DNA of 64,000 bases from the human T2T-CHM13v2.0 reference genome, Homo sapiens. Below, one piece after another: positions 63,447 through 64,000 of this stretch; positions within the stretch are counted from its first letter, which is position 1; each line of letters begins with the position of its first letter. The position numbers were made by a program, and so were the translations under genes. The notes under the pieces were generated by a model. That model had not been told where the DNA came from, ran no database searches, and saw nothing but the letters and a program-made list of their open reading frames with translations. The stretch lies in assembly GCF_009914755.1 (NCBI RefSeq), contig NC_060926.1; one strand, 5' to 3'.

Positions 63447-64000
63447 TTAATTATGCAGACTGTCAAGTTGAACTTCAAAATTTAGTAAAAAGCAGACAGA
63501 AAAGATATATGTGACTGAACTCATTGTAGTTTCCAGACTAGTATTCTGAAAAAGATAAATCCTCACGTGTTTGATACTTTATATCAATTTATTGTATATT
63601 ATTTTCTGCACAAAGACATTTTGAATCAAATCATAGACCTATCCACCAGAAAAATAAATATGATAAATTGTTTTCTAATATTTAAAAATATATGTAACAG
63701 ATAAGTTAACATATATAAGCAGTTTAAATTATATATAATAGAGATTTGCTTCGTATCTTTATATTTGAACCTAAAGCAATCACATAATCTCTACAAAGTC
63801 TTGATCTTGTTGTTTCCCATCACCTGTGCATACTCATTGTTTGGCCTGGACTATGACACATAGGTACATTTCGTATGTTTGTCAATTACATGGATTAATT
63901 TCTGAATGGTGAATTTGTTTTTAAAGTTGTTCTGCTTTTCCAAATTTTGAAACGTAAAGGCCAAAATAACTTTTATATGCATTCATGAATTTAAGCAAGT

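Overview
Human-type (primate) genomic DNA, shown by a consensus-perfect AluYa5. Roughly 60-65% (visual estimate) is LINE-1/HAL1, with Alus, MIR/L2, MaLR LTRs and hAT/mariner MITEs. I see no recognisable host protein-coding gene, RNA gene or intact retrotransposition-competent L1: every long ORF is a frameshifted L1 ORF1/ORF2 piece, its antisense shadow, or Alu-derived. The architecture can be read from target-site duplications (TSDs): a near-complete HAL1, a full-length L1MA2, a full-length L1PA8 (-), a 15.3 kb five-insertion nest inside one L1PA15-like element, and a 5'-truncated L1PA2 carrying a 66-nt 3' transduction. Best second-look items: the L1PA2 transduction; an open ORF0 homologue plus splice donors in an L1PA7 antisense promoter facing a 5 kb island with exon-like segments; a likely polymorphic AluYa5; an L1MA composite with two outward-facing 3' ends inside one TSD; a tetrameric Alu; and an orphan L1 5'UTR fragment. 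Subfamily names come from recalled consensus diagnostics and need Dfam/RepeatMasker confirmation. I did not find convincing evidence of a wholly new biological system.
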